Assembly: GCA_965261085.1 (NCBI GenBank)
Contig: OZ253442.1
Location: forward strand, 2,022,920-2,086,919
Direction of reading: 5' to 3'
From: a bacterium
Lineage (GTDB): Bacteria > UBA8248
Length of the DNA: 64,000 bases
In this document: piece after piece, positions 45,781 through 55,806 of the stretch
Position numbering within the stretch: the first letter of the stretch is position 1
Layout: every line of letters starts with the position of its first letter
Notes under the pieces: generated by a model
Databases searched by the model: none
What the model saw: only the letters and a program-made list of their open reading frames with translations
What the model was told of the DNA's origin: nothing
Position numbers and translations under genes: made by a program

Positions 45781-47340
45781 TTAAGAGCCCGCCTCGAGTT
45801 TCTGGCCCGCCATGAGGGAGCCTATCTGGTAGATGTCGTACTCGGGGCCGTCAAAAGCGCCTGAAATCTCCCCCGCATAGATCACGATGATCCGGTCGCT
45901 CATGAGGCGAAGTTCATCGAGGTCTTCTGAAATCAGCAGGACGCCTGCGCCTTGCGCGCGAAGCTCCTGTAAGCGGCCATGCACGAACGAGGCGGCCATG
46001 ACGTCGAGACCGCGCGTGGGGTTGTTGGCGATCATCACCTTCCCGCCCGTCTTGTGGGCGAGCATCACCGAGCGCGCCACGATGGTCTTCTGGATGTTTC
46101 CGCCCGATAGATGCGCGGCGGGCACGTGCTCGTTTCGCGCCAGAATGTTGAATTCCGCGATGGCGTTTCTACCCATTTCGTGGGCGGCCTCGCGATCGAA
46201 TATCCCGCGCCGCTTGAAGATGTGCGGGTGCAGGCCGAGCACGAAATTCTCCGCAAGGCTCAAGCCCGGCAGAATCCCCTCCTCGATCCTGTCCTGGGGG
46301 ATGAGGCTCATCCCCCGCGCGATGCGTTCGGACACCGAAAGGCCTGTGACCTCCTCACCGCCCAAGTGGACTTCGCCTTCTTGAATCTCGATGAGCCCGG
46401 CCAGGGCTTCCGCCAGTTCCTTCTGGCCGTTGCCGGAGATGCCCGCCAAACCGACGATGAGACCCCGGGGGACGTCGAAGGCGACGTCCTTGAGAGGCAC
46501 CCCCCACTTCGAGGAGGTATGAACCTCCCGAACCGAGAGGGCGGGATGCCCCTCCCGGGCCGCCGAAGGCCCGGTTGGCCGCTCGCCCTCCGGAGGCAGG
46601 CCGCGCTCGCCCATCATCATCTGGACGAGTATTTCGCGGGTGGCGTCCACGCGGAGGATCGTGTCGATCTTCCGCCCGCCCCGGAAGACGGTAATCCGGT
46701 CGCAGTTGTCCAGAACTTCCTGGATTTTGTGCGTGATGAAGACGACCGTCAGGCCCTCCTTGGCGAAGGACTTGAGTATCGAGAACAGACCGTCCACCTC
46801 GTGGGGAGTCAGCATGGTCGTCGGCTCGTCCAGAATCAGGATGTCCGCGCCGTGATAAAGCGCCTTCAGGATTTCGACTTTCTGCTGAATCCCGGCGGGA
46901 AGGGTTTTCACCTGCTCATCAAGCGGTATGGAGAGGCCGTAGTTCGCGGCGAGTTCCTCCACGGAACTGCGCCGGGCGTCCACGTCGAGCTTCCAGCGCG
47001 AACCTTCCCGCCCGAGCAGAATGTTTTCCAGCGCGGTGAAGTTGCCAATCAACTCCACGTGCTGGTGAACCATCCCGACGCCGGCCCTGATCGCATCCTG
47101 GGGAGAGCGGACCTCCACCTCGCGCCCGTCGATGGCGATTTGCCCATCGTCCATGCGGTAGAGGCCGCTCAGGATGTTCATGAGCGTGGTCTTGCCCGCG
47201 CCGTTTTCTCCGAGGAGGGCGTGGATCTCCCCCTCCCCCGCCTCGAAATCGACCGCGTCCAGGGCGACGACCTCCCCGAAGGACTTGCTGACGCCGTACA
47301 TTTCAACTCGGGGGACGATCTTTTCCGTCATCACTTTCAT
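45781..47340 (-). CDS. ABC transporter ATP-binding protein (two fused ATPase domains)
   Basis: Walker A GENGAGKTT, LSGG signatures in both halves and Walker B ILILDEPT. The start is ambiguous (47358, 47340 or 47331). Confidence 0.85.
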   Translation of the reverse strand: MKVMTEKIVPRVEMYGVSKSFGEVVALDAVDFEAGEGEIHALLGENGAGKTTLMNILSGLYRMDDGQIAIDGREVEVRSPQDAIRAGVGMVHQHVELIGNFTALENILLGREGSRWKLDVDARRSSVEELAANYGLSIPLDEQVKTLPAGIQQKVEILKALYHGADILILDEPTTMLTPHEVDGLFSILKSFAKEGLTVVFITHKIQEVLDNCDRITVFRGGRKIDTILRVDATREILVQMMMGERGLPPEGERPTGPSAAREGHPALSVREVHTSSKWGVPLKDVAFDVPRGLIVGLAGISGNGQKELAEALAGLIEIQEGEVHLGGEEVTGLSVSERIARGMSLIPQDRIEEGILPGLSLAENFVLGLHPHIFKRRGIFDREAAHEMGRNAIAEFNILARNEHVPAAHLSGGNIQKTIVARSVMLAHKTGGKVMIANNPTRGLDVMAASFVHGRLQELRAQGAGVLLISEDLDELRLMSDRIIVIYAGEISGAFDGPEYDIYQIGSLMAGQKLEAGS

Positions 47341-47349
47341 CCATTCCAA

Positions 47350-47380
47350 GCGCCCCACCCCCCGATCGGGGACGGGGCGC
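47350..47380 (-). other. Intercistronic GC-rich stem-loop between the binding-protein and ATPase genes
   Basis: On the mRNA strand: GCGCCCCGUCCCCGAUCGGGGGGUGGGGCGC. Confidence 0.5.
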
Positions 47381-47389
47381 TTATACCTT

Positions 47390-48391
47390 CTATTTCGCCA
47401 ACATGACTTTTTTCATTTCCAGCCGGGGCTTAATGGCTCCGGAGCGTACTTTCGCATAGGCCTCTTTGGTTCTCTTGATGGCCTCGGCCGATACGTTGCC
47501 CAGAGAGCTGATCTCGAAACCGACTCCGGGGCGCATGGGCACGTATCCCCCCATGGCTCCTTTCATGATTCCTTGCATGGCTTTCTGGTAGGGAGGCCGG
47601 AAATCGATGATCAGCGTGCCGGCGAAATGCTTGGGCGCCTTGTCCGTCTTGTCGGTGTAAAACGTGGTGACCAGAACCTTGCTCTTCGCCTTTTTGGCGG
47701 CCTCCACGACCCCGTATACCCCCAGGTTCACCATGTTGATGATGAAGTCGACGCCGTTCGCGATCATGGCGTCGGCGGTCTGGCGCGCCTTGACCGGGTC
47801 GTTCTGGTTCCCGGTGAAGGCGTAGACGAGCTTCGCCTTGGGGTTGGTCGCTTTCAGGGCGTCCGAGATGGTGTTGATGGAAGCCTTGAAGTCAGGCAAC
47901 TGGATGCCCGCGATGACGCCCACCTTGTTCGTCTTCGTGGCGAGACCGGCCAGCACCCCGAAGGGATAGAAGGCCTCGAAATAGTGGCGGTGAATGTTCC
48001 AGACGTTCTTGGGCACCTTGAACTTTCCCGAACTCTCCATGATAAAAGTGGTGCCGGGGAATTTCGGGGCCAGCTTCTGCACGAGCCGGACGTATTGCCC
48101 GCCGTGGAAGCCGATGATGGTGAAGCCCGAGGATATGTACTCGCGCGCCACCCTCTCGGCGTCCGCCGGAGAGATTCGCTCGGAGTAGGAGGTTTCGATC
48201 TTGAACCTCTTCTTGATGTCCTGGGCAACCTCATAGCCCCGGAAGTTGTAGTCCGCATCCTCGATGGGTCCGGGGACGATGATGGCGAACTTGTGGGCCT
48301 TCGCGGCGAGCGCCTGACCGGGGGCTACGGCGAGGGAGAGGGCCGCGAGCGCGGCGGCGAAGAACAATCGGCGTGTCCATTTGGTTTTCAT
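47390..48391 (-). CDS. BMP-family ABC transporter substrate-binding protein
   Basis: Signal peptide MKTKWTRRLFFAAALAALSLAVAPGQALA. Periplasmic-binding fold pattern in a BMP-type operon context. Confidence 0.65.
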   Translation of the reverse strand: MKTKWTRRLFFAAALAALSLAVAPGQALAAKAHKFAIIVPGPIEDADYNFRGYEVAQDIKKRFKIETSYSERISPADAERVAREYISSGFTIIGFHGGQYVRLVQKLAPKFPGTTFIMESSGKFKVPKNVWNIHRHYFEAFYPFGVLAGLATKTNKVGVIAGIQLPDFKASINTISDALKATNPKAKLVYAFTGNQNDPVKARQTADAMIANGVDFIINMVNLGVYGVVEAAKKAKSKVLVTTFYTDKTDKAPKHFAGTLIIDFRPPYQKAMQGIMKGAMGGYVPMRPGVGFEISSLGNVSAEAIKRTKEAYAKVRSGAIKPRLEMKKVMLAK

Positions 48392-48437
48392 TTCACACTC
48401 CTCCTTGATGAGAAAGCAAAAAATCCCGGGCGCGGGT

Positions 48438-49379
48438 TCAATCCCGGGTTTCACGATCGTAAGGCCTCGTAAGCGCGCGGGGGCTCTCGGCGCCCCGCGC
48501 CACCTGAACCAGCACAATCATGGCGAACACGTACGGCAGCATCAGCAAAAACTGCGGCGGAATGATTTTGGCGAACTGCGGCAGAGCGCTCACCTTGAAC
48601 TGAAAAGCGTCCACGTAGGCGAACAGCAGCGCGCCGACGAACGACCAGAGAGGAACCCACCGGCCGAATATCACCAGCATCAGGGCGAGCCACCCTCTTC
48701 CGTTCACGATGTTGTCCGTGAACGAGCCCGAGATCACGAGCGGCAGGTATGCGCCCGCGACGCCCAGGAAAAGTCCGCCCACCGCACAGGCGCCATAGCG
48801 CATGCGGGCGACGTCTATCCCCACCGTGTCCGCCGCGCGGGGGTTTTCCCCGCAGGCGCGCAGCCTCAGACCCAGCGGCGTCTTGAAGAGGAAAAAGCTC
48901 ACCGCCGCGACGAGGAAATAGGACAAATAGACGAGTCCGTTCTGCGCGAAGAAAATCTCGCCGACGAAGGGGATGCTCCCCAGAAGCGGGATGTGTATCT
49001 CTCTCAAGGTCGGCACCTGGGGAATGGACTGCACGACGCCTACCGCCAGGCGGTAGATGGTGGGCGAGATTCCCAGCCCCAGGACGAATATCCCCAGCCC
49101 GATGACGATCTGGTTCGCGCGCAGGGTGATGGAGAAATACGCCAGAAGCAGAGTCAGCACACTTCCCGAGAGCGCCGCGACCAAGCAGCCGATAATCGCG
49201 CTGCCCGAGTAGTAGGTGAGCAGAAAACCCGTCACCGCTCCGAGCGTCACGATGCCCTCGATGCCGACGTTCAGAATCCCCGAGCGCTCGATGATGGTCT
49301 CGCCGAGACACGCGATGATGAGCGGCGCCATCATGAGCATAGTGAGCTGGAAAAGGGATATGTCGAAAAAAAGGGACAA
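48438..49379 (-). CDS. BMP/nucleoside-type ABC transporter permease
   Basis: LIIACLGETIIERSGILNVGIEG is typical of this permease family. Confidence 0.75.
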   Translation of the reverse strand: MSLFFDISLFQLTMLMMAPLIIACLGETIIERSGILNVGIEGIVTLGAVTGFLLTYYSGSAIIGCLVAALSGSVLTLLLAYFSITLRANQIVIGLGIFVLGLGISPTIYRLAVGVVQSIPQVPTLREIHIPLLGSIPFVGEIFFAQNGLVYLSYFLVAAVSFFLFKTPLGLRLRACGENPRAADTVGIDVARMRYGACAVGGLFLGVAGAYLPLVISGSFTDNIVNGRGWLALMLVIFGRWVPLWSFVGALLFAYVDAFQFKVSALPQFAKIIPPQFLLMLPYVFAMIVLVQVARGAESPRALTRPYDRETRD

Positions 49380-49740
49380 GAAGGCGCACTCCTCGTAGTG
49401 GTGTGAAAATGCGAAAACTCGTCTCCGTGCGCCGCTGCTCGGGAGACGGAGTGTATTTATCCTTGTGGCTTTGGCAGTCAGTATGCCTTACGTGTTCCCC
49501 AAATTCAAAAGATACAGGTTTTATGTTTCCGTCATGTAACGCGGATTCCCCCGCGATTCGCTCCGAGATTGAAAATCCCGCCCGGCGCGCCGTCCGCCGC
49601 ATGGCGTTCGCGATGAAAGCGGATGCGTTGCCCGCCGCGTCCGGTTCATACATAATACGCGCATTGCACATACTTCCCATATGAACCGACTGCCAAGATG
49701 GAGATCGTTTCTTTTCTTCGTCCAAAAGGAGACCTCCGAG

Positions 49741-50460
49741 ATGGAATTGATCGATTTGAGCATGGAAATATACCGGGACATGCCGATATACCCCGACCTG
49801 CCCGGCCCCTCCCTCACCGTCGATGAGGACTGGGACACCGTGGCCCGGCGGACCGGGGCCATCAACTACGGCGCCGACATCGTGACAAACCACTGCGTCA
49901 TCTTCATGAGCGACCACACGGGGACGCACATCGACTCCCCCTGGCACAACAACCCGGACGGTTTCACGACCGAGCGCATCCCGATCGAGTGGTGCATGTC
50001 TGACGGCGTGGTTCTCGATTTCACCGACAAGGAGTCGGGCTACGCGATCACGGCGGCGGACGTGGAAGGCGCGCTCCAGAAGATCGACTACTCGCTCAAG
50101 CCGCTCGACATCGTGCTCATCCGCACCGACGCGAGCGTGGACTGGCAGACGAACCCCGACTACACGATGAACCAGCCCGGCATGAGCGCCGAGGCGACCC
50201 ACTACCTCATCGACAACGGCATCCGCGTGATGGGGATCGACGGGAGCGGGTGGGACGTGCCGATCTGGAAGATGCACGAAACGCGCAGCTACTGGGAGGC
50301 CCACCGGGTCATGCTGGAGAAGGACTACTGCCACATCGAGAACATGGTGAACCTGAACCTCATTCCAAAGTCCCACGGGTTCAAGCTCTCGGTGCTGCCC
50401 ATCAAGTTCCGCGGCATGTCGGGTTCTCCCATTCGCGCGGTGGCGATCATCGAAGATTAG
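49741..50460 (+). CDS. Cyclase-family protein (kynurenine/aryl-formamidase-like)
   Basis: HTGTHIDSPWH metal motif. Start trimmed to MELIDLSMEIY. Confidence 0.75.
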   Translation: MELIDLSMEIYRDMPIYPDLPGPSLTVDEDWDTVARRTGAINYGADIVTNHCVIFMSDHTGTHIDSPWHNNPDGFTTERIPIEWCMSDGVVLDFTDKESGYAITAADVEGALQKIDYSLKPLDIVLIRTDASVDWQTNPDYTMNQPGMSAEATHYLIDNGIRVMGIDGSGWDVPIWKMHETRSYWEAHRVMLEKDYCHIENMVNLNLIPKSHGFKLSVLPIKFRGMSGSPIRAVAIIED

Positions 50461-50479
50461 ACTCTGGGGAGCGAATGAA

Positions 50480-52048
50480 ATGGCGGTAGCCGTTCGCGTC
50501 CTCACCGGCGCGTACCACGATTCGGTGAAGCTCATGCGCATCAGCGCCGCCGCCTGCGAGAGGCCGGGCGTTCGGGGGGCGGTGGTCCTCATGGGCACGC
50601 CGATGAATCTGGAGCAACTCGCATCGATCGGACTGCTCTCAGAGGAGGCGCAACGCGCGGGTCCGAACGACCTCGTTCTCGCCGTGGAGGCGGAGGGCGC
50701 GGAGGCGGCGCAAGAAGAACTCGCCGTCATGGAAGCGGCGCTGAGCGCGCCCCGCGTAGCCACAGGAGCGGGATTGTTCGCAAAACTCTCCGCACCGACG
50801 CTTGACGCGGCGCTCGGGAAAGACCCTCTCATCAATCTGGCCCTCTTCTCGATTCCCGGTCCAAGCGTGCGGCGCGAGGCGGAGCGCGCGCTTAGTAAAG
50901 GCCTCCACTGCCTCATCTTCAGTGACAACGTGCCCGTCGAAGACGAGGTGGCGCTCAAGCGCATAGGCCGCGAGAAGGGTTTGCTGGTGATGGGTCCTGA
51001 CTGCGGAACGGCGCACATCGGAGGCGTCGGCCTCGGGTTTTGCAACGTCATGCGGCCTGGGAAAATCGGGATCGCGGGCGCGGCGGGAACGGGGATTCAG
51101 GAGGCGATGGCCGCCATCGACGCTGCAAGAGGCGGAATATCGTGCGCCCTCGGCACCGGAGGACGTGACGTCTCGGACGCGGTCGGCGGCCTCGCCATGG
51201 TTCAGGCTATTGAAACTCTTAGCGAAGATACGGCGACGGAGGTTCTCCTCGTTCTCGGAAAACCGCCCGAGGCGGCGGCGATGAAAAAAGTGCTCGAAGC
51301 GGCTGGGCGGTGTACGAAGCCCGTGGCCATACACTTCGTCGGGGCCCAAGCCGAGGATATACGCCGACACTCCGGTGAGCATCCCCATCTCTACCCTGCC
51401 GATTCGCTGGCCGGGGCAGGGAAGCTCGCCGTTTCACTCCCGGGAGGGCCGGCCCCTGCAATGACGCCGGAAATCAATCCCGAAACACGGGAGAAAATCG
51501 CCGAATGGCGCCGCGCGCGCACGAAAGGTCAGCGATTCCTGCGCGGCGTCTATACGGGGGGAACGCTGTGCGCCGAGGCGCAGGCGATCATCGGAAAAAC
51601 CGTGGCGGGGATTCGCTCCAACGCGCCCATAGGTAAAGCCGGCGGCAAGATGGCCGACCCCATGAAATCACAAGGCCATGCGGTCGTGGACATGGGCGAT
51701 GACCTCTTCACGCGGGGAAAACCCCATCCCATGATCGAGCCTGAGCCGAGAAGCGCCCGTATACTCCAGGAAGCGCAAGACCCCGAAACGGCGGTGGTGC
51801 TCTTCGACGTGGTGCTGGGGCTGGGTGCGCATGAAGATCCGGCGGGAGAAGCGGCGAAGGCTGTAGAGAAAGCGCGCGCCTCTCATCCCGGTGTTTTGTT
51901 CATCGGCTCGGTAACGGGCACCGAGGGCGACCCGCAGGGTTTGAATGCCCAGCGCGCCAGATTGAAAGAGGCCGGCGCCCTCGTGGCGGATACGCACTTA
52001 GAGGCGTGCCTCGCCGCCGCCGCCGCACTCGAGGGTTTGAACGAATGA
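50480..52048 (+). CDS. fdrA: FdrA-family protein (succinyl-CoA-ligase-alpha-like)
   Basis: YHDSVKLMRIS N-terminus and CoA-ligase-like GPDCGTA. 522 aa. Confidence 0.8.
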   Translation: MAVAVRVLTGAYHDSVKLMRISAAACERPGVRGAVVLMGTPMNLEQLASIGLLSEEAQRAGPNDLVLAVEAEGAEAAQEELAVMEAALSAPRVATGAGLFAKLSAPTLDAALGKDPLINLALFSIPGPSVRREAERALSKGLHCLIFSDNVPVEDEVALKRIGREKGLLVMGPDCGTAHIGGVGLGFCNVMRPGKIGIAGAAGTGIQEAMAAIDAARGGISCALGTGGRDVSDAVGGLAMVQAIETLSEDTATEVLLVLGKPPEAAAMKKVLEAAGRCTKPVAIHFVGAQAEDIRRHSGEHPHLYPADSLAGAGKLAVSLPGGPAPAMTPEINPETREKIAEWRRARTKGQRFLRGVYTGGTLCAEAQAIIGKTVAGIRSNAPIGKAGGKMADPMKSQGHAVVDMGDDLFTRGKPHPMIEPEPRSARILQEAQDPETAVVLFDVVLGLGAHEDPAGEAAKAVEKARASHPGVLFIGSVTGTEGDPQGLNAQRARLKEAGALVADTHLEACLAAAAALEGLNE

Positions 52049-53463
52049 GCGGAAAAAAATTACTGGAGGGCGTCCGCGTCGCGAACGTCGGCGTGGAGTT
52101 GTTCGCGGAGAGCTTGGCCGCACAAAACGCCCCCGTGGTGCAGGTGGACTGGCGTCCCCCCGCCGGAGGAGATACCGAAATGATCGAGCATCTCGACCGA
52201 TTAGCGGTTTGCGATGCGGCCAACGACGTCGCCATCGAGCGTCTTCAGGCCGCAAGGCCCGTATGGGTGGACTTAAGCGTGGCCATCGACGAGATACCCG
52301 GCATGGGCGAGAGAACCCTCCTACACTCGGGCCCGCCCATCACCTGGGAGCACATGTCGGGGCCTCTTAAGGGCGCGATGATAGGGGCCGCCCTGCTGGA
52401 AGGCTGGGCGAACGATGCGGAAGCGGCGGAAAGACTCTGCGCGAGCGGAGAAATCACTTTCGAGCCCTGTCACCACCATTCCACGGTGGGGCCTATGGCG
52501 GGCGTGGTATCGCCCTCGATGCCCGTGAGCATCATCGAAAACCGCGCGCCCGCTGAACTCGGAGGCGGCGGGAGGACCTATTGCACCTTAAACGAAGGCT
52601 TGGGCAAGGTGCTGCGCTACGGCGCCTATTCCGAGGACGTGCTGGCGCGCCTTAAGTGGATGGCGGACGAACTCGCTCCCGCCCTTGGCTCGGCGGTGCA
52701 AGCGATGCCGGATGGCCTCGACATCAAGAACGTCATCGCGCGCGCCCTGCACATGGGCGATGAGGCGCACAACCGGAACCACGCGGCGACGGGGACGGTG
52801 GCCCGCGCCCTCATGCCCTATCTCGCGGATTCGGTGAACGATACGAAGGTCATTTCCCGCGTGGCGGAATTTTTCGCGGGAAACGATCACTTCTTCCTGA
52901 ATCTGGCGATGCCCGCCGCCAAGGCGAGCCTGGACACCATGGCGGGAATTGAAGGCTGCTCCCTGGTCTACACCATGGCGCGCAACGGGACGGATTTCGG
53001 CATCCGGGTCGGCGGTCTGGGAGATGCGTGGTTCACCGCACCGGCGAAGCATCCGGTGGGGCTCTTCTTCCCGGGCTATTCCCAGGAAGACGCAAATCCC
53101 GACATCGGCGATTCGGCCATCATGGAGACGCTGGGCGTCGGGGGATTCGCCATGGCCGCGGCGCCCGCCATCGTCGCCTTCGTGGGCGGCTCGACGGCGG
53201 AGGCCTTTCAGGCGACGAACGAGATGTACGGGATCACCTGGGCGCGGAGCCGGGACTACACCCTCCCCGTATTCGATTTCGCAGGGGTTCCGACCGGCAT
53301 CGACGTCCGCAAGGTGATCGAGACGGGCATCTACCCCAACATCAACACCGGAATCGCCCACAAGGACGCAGGCGTCGGGCAGATAGGCGCAGGCGTTCTC
53401 CGCGCGCCCGAAGAGCCGTTTCAAAAGGCCTTCGAAGCCCTCGCCGGGAAGATGGGCGGGTAG
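52045..53463 (+). CDS. DUF1116 (YlbE-like) protein
   Basis: ATGA overlap with the fdrA stop. LLHSGPPITWEHMSGPLKGAMIGAALLEGWA resembles YlbE-type proteins. Confidence 0.65.
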   Translation: MSGKKLLEGVRVANVGVELFAESLAAQNAPVVQVDWRPPAGGDTEMIEHLDRLAVCDAANDVAIERLQAARPVWVDLSVAIDEIPGMGERTLLHSGPPITWEHMSGPLKGAMIGAALLEGWANDAEAAERLCASGEITFEPCHHHSTVGPMAGVVSPSMPVSIIENRAPAELGGGGRTYCTLNEGLGKVLRYGAYSEDVLARLKWMADELAPALGSAVQAMPDGLDIKNVIARALHMGDEAHNRNHAATGTVARALMPYLADSVNDTKVISRVAEFFAGNDHFFLNLAMPAAKASLDTMAGIEGCSLVYTMARNGTDFGIRVGGLGDAWFTAPAKHPVGLFFPGYSQEDANPDIGDSAIMETLGVGGFAMAAAPAIVAFVGGSTAEAFQATNEMYGITWARSRDYTLPVFDFAGVPTGIDVRKVIETGIYPNINTGIAHKDAGVGQIGAGVLRAPEEPFQKAFEALAGKMGG

Positions 53464-53630
53464 CGGGAAAGTCCTTACCTGACCAAGGAAAATCACTCTC
53501 ACCTTGAAGATCAACACCAATTGAAGAATGAGAATTTACGGGTGATGCGGGAGGTCAAACCCTCCCGCATTGGTCGGGCCAAACGCTCGCCCCGCGCTCT
53601 CGTTAAACATTCCCTCTTCGGTCGGGTTTA

Positions 53631-53909
53631 CTACCTGGTTCGCTCGATGAGTTCGCGCAGGGACGCCATGGACTCCTCGTGCCTGCGCCCGGACTCTTCA
53701 TCCCTGCGCCGGGATTCGGCCATGAACTCGTCGTGTCTGCACTCGGAATCGGTCATCGTCTCCGCGTGTTTGCGCTCGGAGTCGGTCGCTCGCATTTCGG
53801 CGCCCTTCGCCATGGTGCGGATGCCGTAGTAGATCAGCGCGAGACCGCCGTAAGAGGCAAGGAGGTTCATGAGAGCAATGGTGAGGTTGAAGTGTTCATA
53901 CGTCGTCAT
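53631..53909 (-). CDS. Small membrane-anchored protein with tandem SERRHEESM-like repeats
   Basis: N-terminal TM helix (LLASYGGLALIYYGIRTMAKG), then four ~11-aa charged repeats. A paralogue lies at 62523..62768. Confidence 0.6.
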   Translation of the reverse strand: MTTYEHFNLTIALMNLLASYGGLALIYYGIRTMAKGAEMRATDSERKHAETMTDSECRHDEFMAESRRRDEESGRRHEESMASLRELIERTR

Positions 53910-54486
53910 GCGTTTTCTCCGTGGCGACGGGTCCCTCAGACGCCTCGTGATGCTTATGACTATAAAGAAGGCGCGCGCGTTTCGTCAATTCCCTCTCTTC
54001 CCGGTCGAATTTGATGGGAAACAACGGAAGGCGAAAGACAAAATCCCTGGGCTCCGTATTCCCTCCCTCTCCGATCGGAAATAATGCCGGAATGACGAGA
54101 AAATGCGAAAAACACTCCCCCATCGCCGAATTTGACAAAAAATCACCCAAGCAATACGATTTAATGAATTCACCATAAAGAACCTGATTCAAGATAGCCT
54201 TCCTGCAAGACACCAGGAGGCACTTGTAGATGGATTTCCTCTCTCGCTCACGAAGGCCATCCTCTCTAAATCCGTCCGTGAGGTCTGCGGGCGACAAGCC
54301 ATCTTCCACATCAACTCCATCGGCTCACCGGCCTTCGAGTCGCGTGAGGCAGGGAAAATGACAGCCAGACATATAAGTCCGCCACCAGGTTCCCGGACGG
54401 GAACATTTCTTCTTCTCACCAAGGGCCGCAACCCCCCGAAGTTTCCGGAGTCGGCGGCACGGACCCTTTATCATGGAGGAAATACG

Positions 54487-55704
54487 ATGAGCGCACGCAT
54501 GAAACGAGGGCTTTGCATATTTATCGGGCTGGCGTTCGCCCTGGGCGTCGTTCTCTCCGCCGCGCCCGCCCAGGCGGCGAAGAAGCCGGTCGTCATCGGA
54601 GTGGCCATCGCACTCACCGGCAAAGTTTCCAAATCCGGGAAACTCACCCTTCGCGGGTACGAGATGTGGCAGCGCGAGGTCAACGCGCGGGGCGGACTGC
54701 TCGGCCGCAAGGTCGTGCTCAAGGTCTATGACGATGAGAGCAACCCCACCACCGGGGCGAAGCTCATCGAACGCCTCATCAACCGCGATAAGGCGGAAAT
54801 CATTTTTGGCCCCTTCAGCAGTCCGGTCACCTACGCGACGAGCACCGTCACCGAAAAATACAAATTCCCCATGATCGCGGGCGGCTCCAGCAGTTCCAAG
54901 CCGTTCTCCCGGGGCTACAAGTATCTCTTCCAGGTGATGCGGGTGAACAACGACGCCCTGCTCGGCAATCTCTCCCTCTTGAAGGAAAAGGGCGCGAAGA
55001 CCATCGCCATCATCCACTCGGCCAGCATCTACCCCTCTTCTCTCGCCAGAGGGGTCCGGAAACTGGGCGAGAAGCTCGGCTTCAAGGTGGTCTCGGTGGA
55101 CAAATACCCCCCAAAGACCACGGACTACACCTCGCTCCTCTTAAAGGCGAAGGCCCTGAACCCCGACGTCCTCTGCCTGTTCGGCTACTACCCCGACGGG
55201 CTGGCCATCTCCAAGCAGGCCAAGGAGATGGACGTCAACCCCCGCCACCTGAACGTCATGCTGGGAGCTTCGTATGACGAGTACGGCTCCAAGAAGGGCG
55301 TGGGGCTGGATTCGAATTACGTGAGCGGCTACACGGGCTGGGAGCCTTTCATGAAAACGCCGGGCAACAAGGCGTTCGTCAAGAGGTATTTCGATGAGTA
55401 CAAGGACGACCGCTTCATGGACGCGCACGTCACCTACGGCTACATCGTCGGCCAGGTGATGGAAAAGGCGGTGAAAAAGGTCGGCTCGTTCGACAGGGAT
55501 AAAATCCGCGACGCGATCGCCGCGATGAAGTTCGACAGCATGATGCCGGGGCAGTTCCGGGTCGATCCCGAGACCGGCATGCAGGTCGGACACCAGTGGG
55601 CGGCCTTCCAGTGGCAAAACGGAAAAAAGGTCATCGTATGGCCGAAGAGCGCCGCCACGGGCAAGTTCATCTACCCCACACCCAAGTGGAGAGGAAGAAA
55701 CTAG
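54487..55704 (+). CDS. LivJ-type (branched-chain amino acid/amide/urea family) ABC substrate-binding protein
   Basis: Signal peptide, then KKPVVIGVAIALTGK...GRKVVLKVYDDESNP, typical of the family. Confidence 0.8.
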   Translation: MSARMKRGLCIFIGLAFALGVVLSAAPAQAAKKPVVIGVAIALTGKVSKSGKLTLRGYEMWQREVNARGGLLGRKVVLKVYDDESNPTTGAKLIERLINRDKAEIIFGPFSSPVTYATSTVTEKYKFPMIAGGSSSSKPFSRGYKYLFQVMRVNNDALLGNLSLLKEKGAKTIAIIHSASIYPSSLARGVRKLGEKLGFKVVSVDKYPPKTTDYTSLLLKAKALNPDVLCLFGYYPDGLAISKQAKEMDVNPRHLNVMLGASYDEYGSKKGVGLDSNYVSGYTGWEPFMKTPGNKAFVKRYFDEYKDDRFMDAHVTYGYIVGQVMEKAVKKVGSFDRDKIRDAIAAMKFDSMMPGQFRVDPETGMQVGHQWAAFQWQNGKKVIVWPKSAATGKFIYPTPKWRGRN

Positions 55705-55806
55705 CCGCTCCCCGGAGGGTGTGAACAAGTGTGATTTGATCGTCGTCGGCCCGCCTACCGCTCCCGGGCGGGGGGCGGGCGCCGACGCACGAGGAGAACG
55801 TGCGCC

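Noticed and set aside
53896-54309. 137-aa minus-strand ORF in the gap between the small membrane protein and the LivJ-like gene.
   Set aside because: There is no SD, no recognisable motif, and it overlaps scattered 23-bp repeat units. It may be non-coding and was left unannotated.
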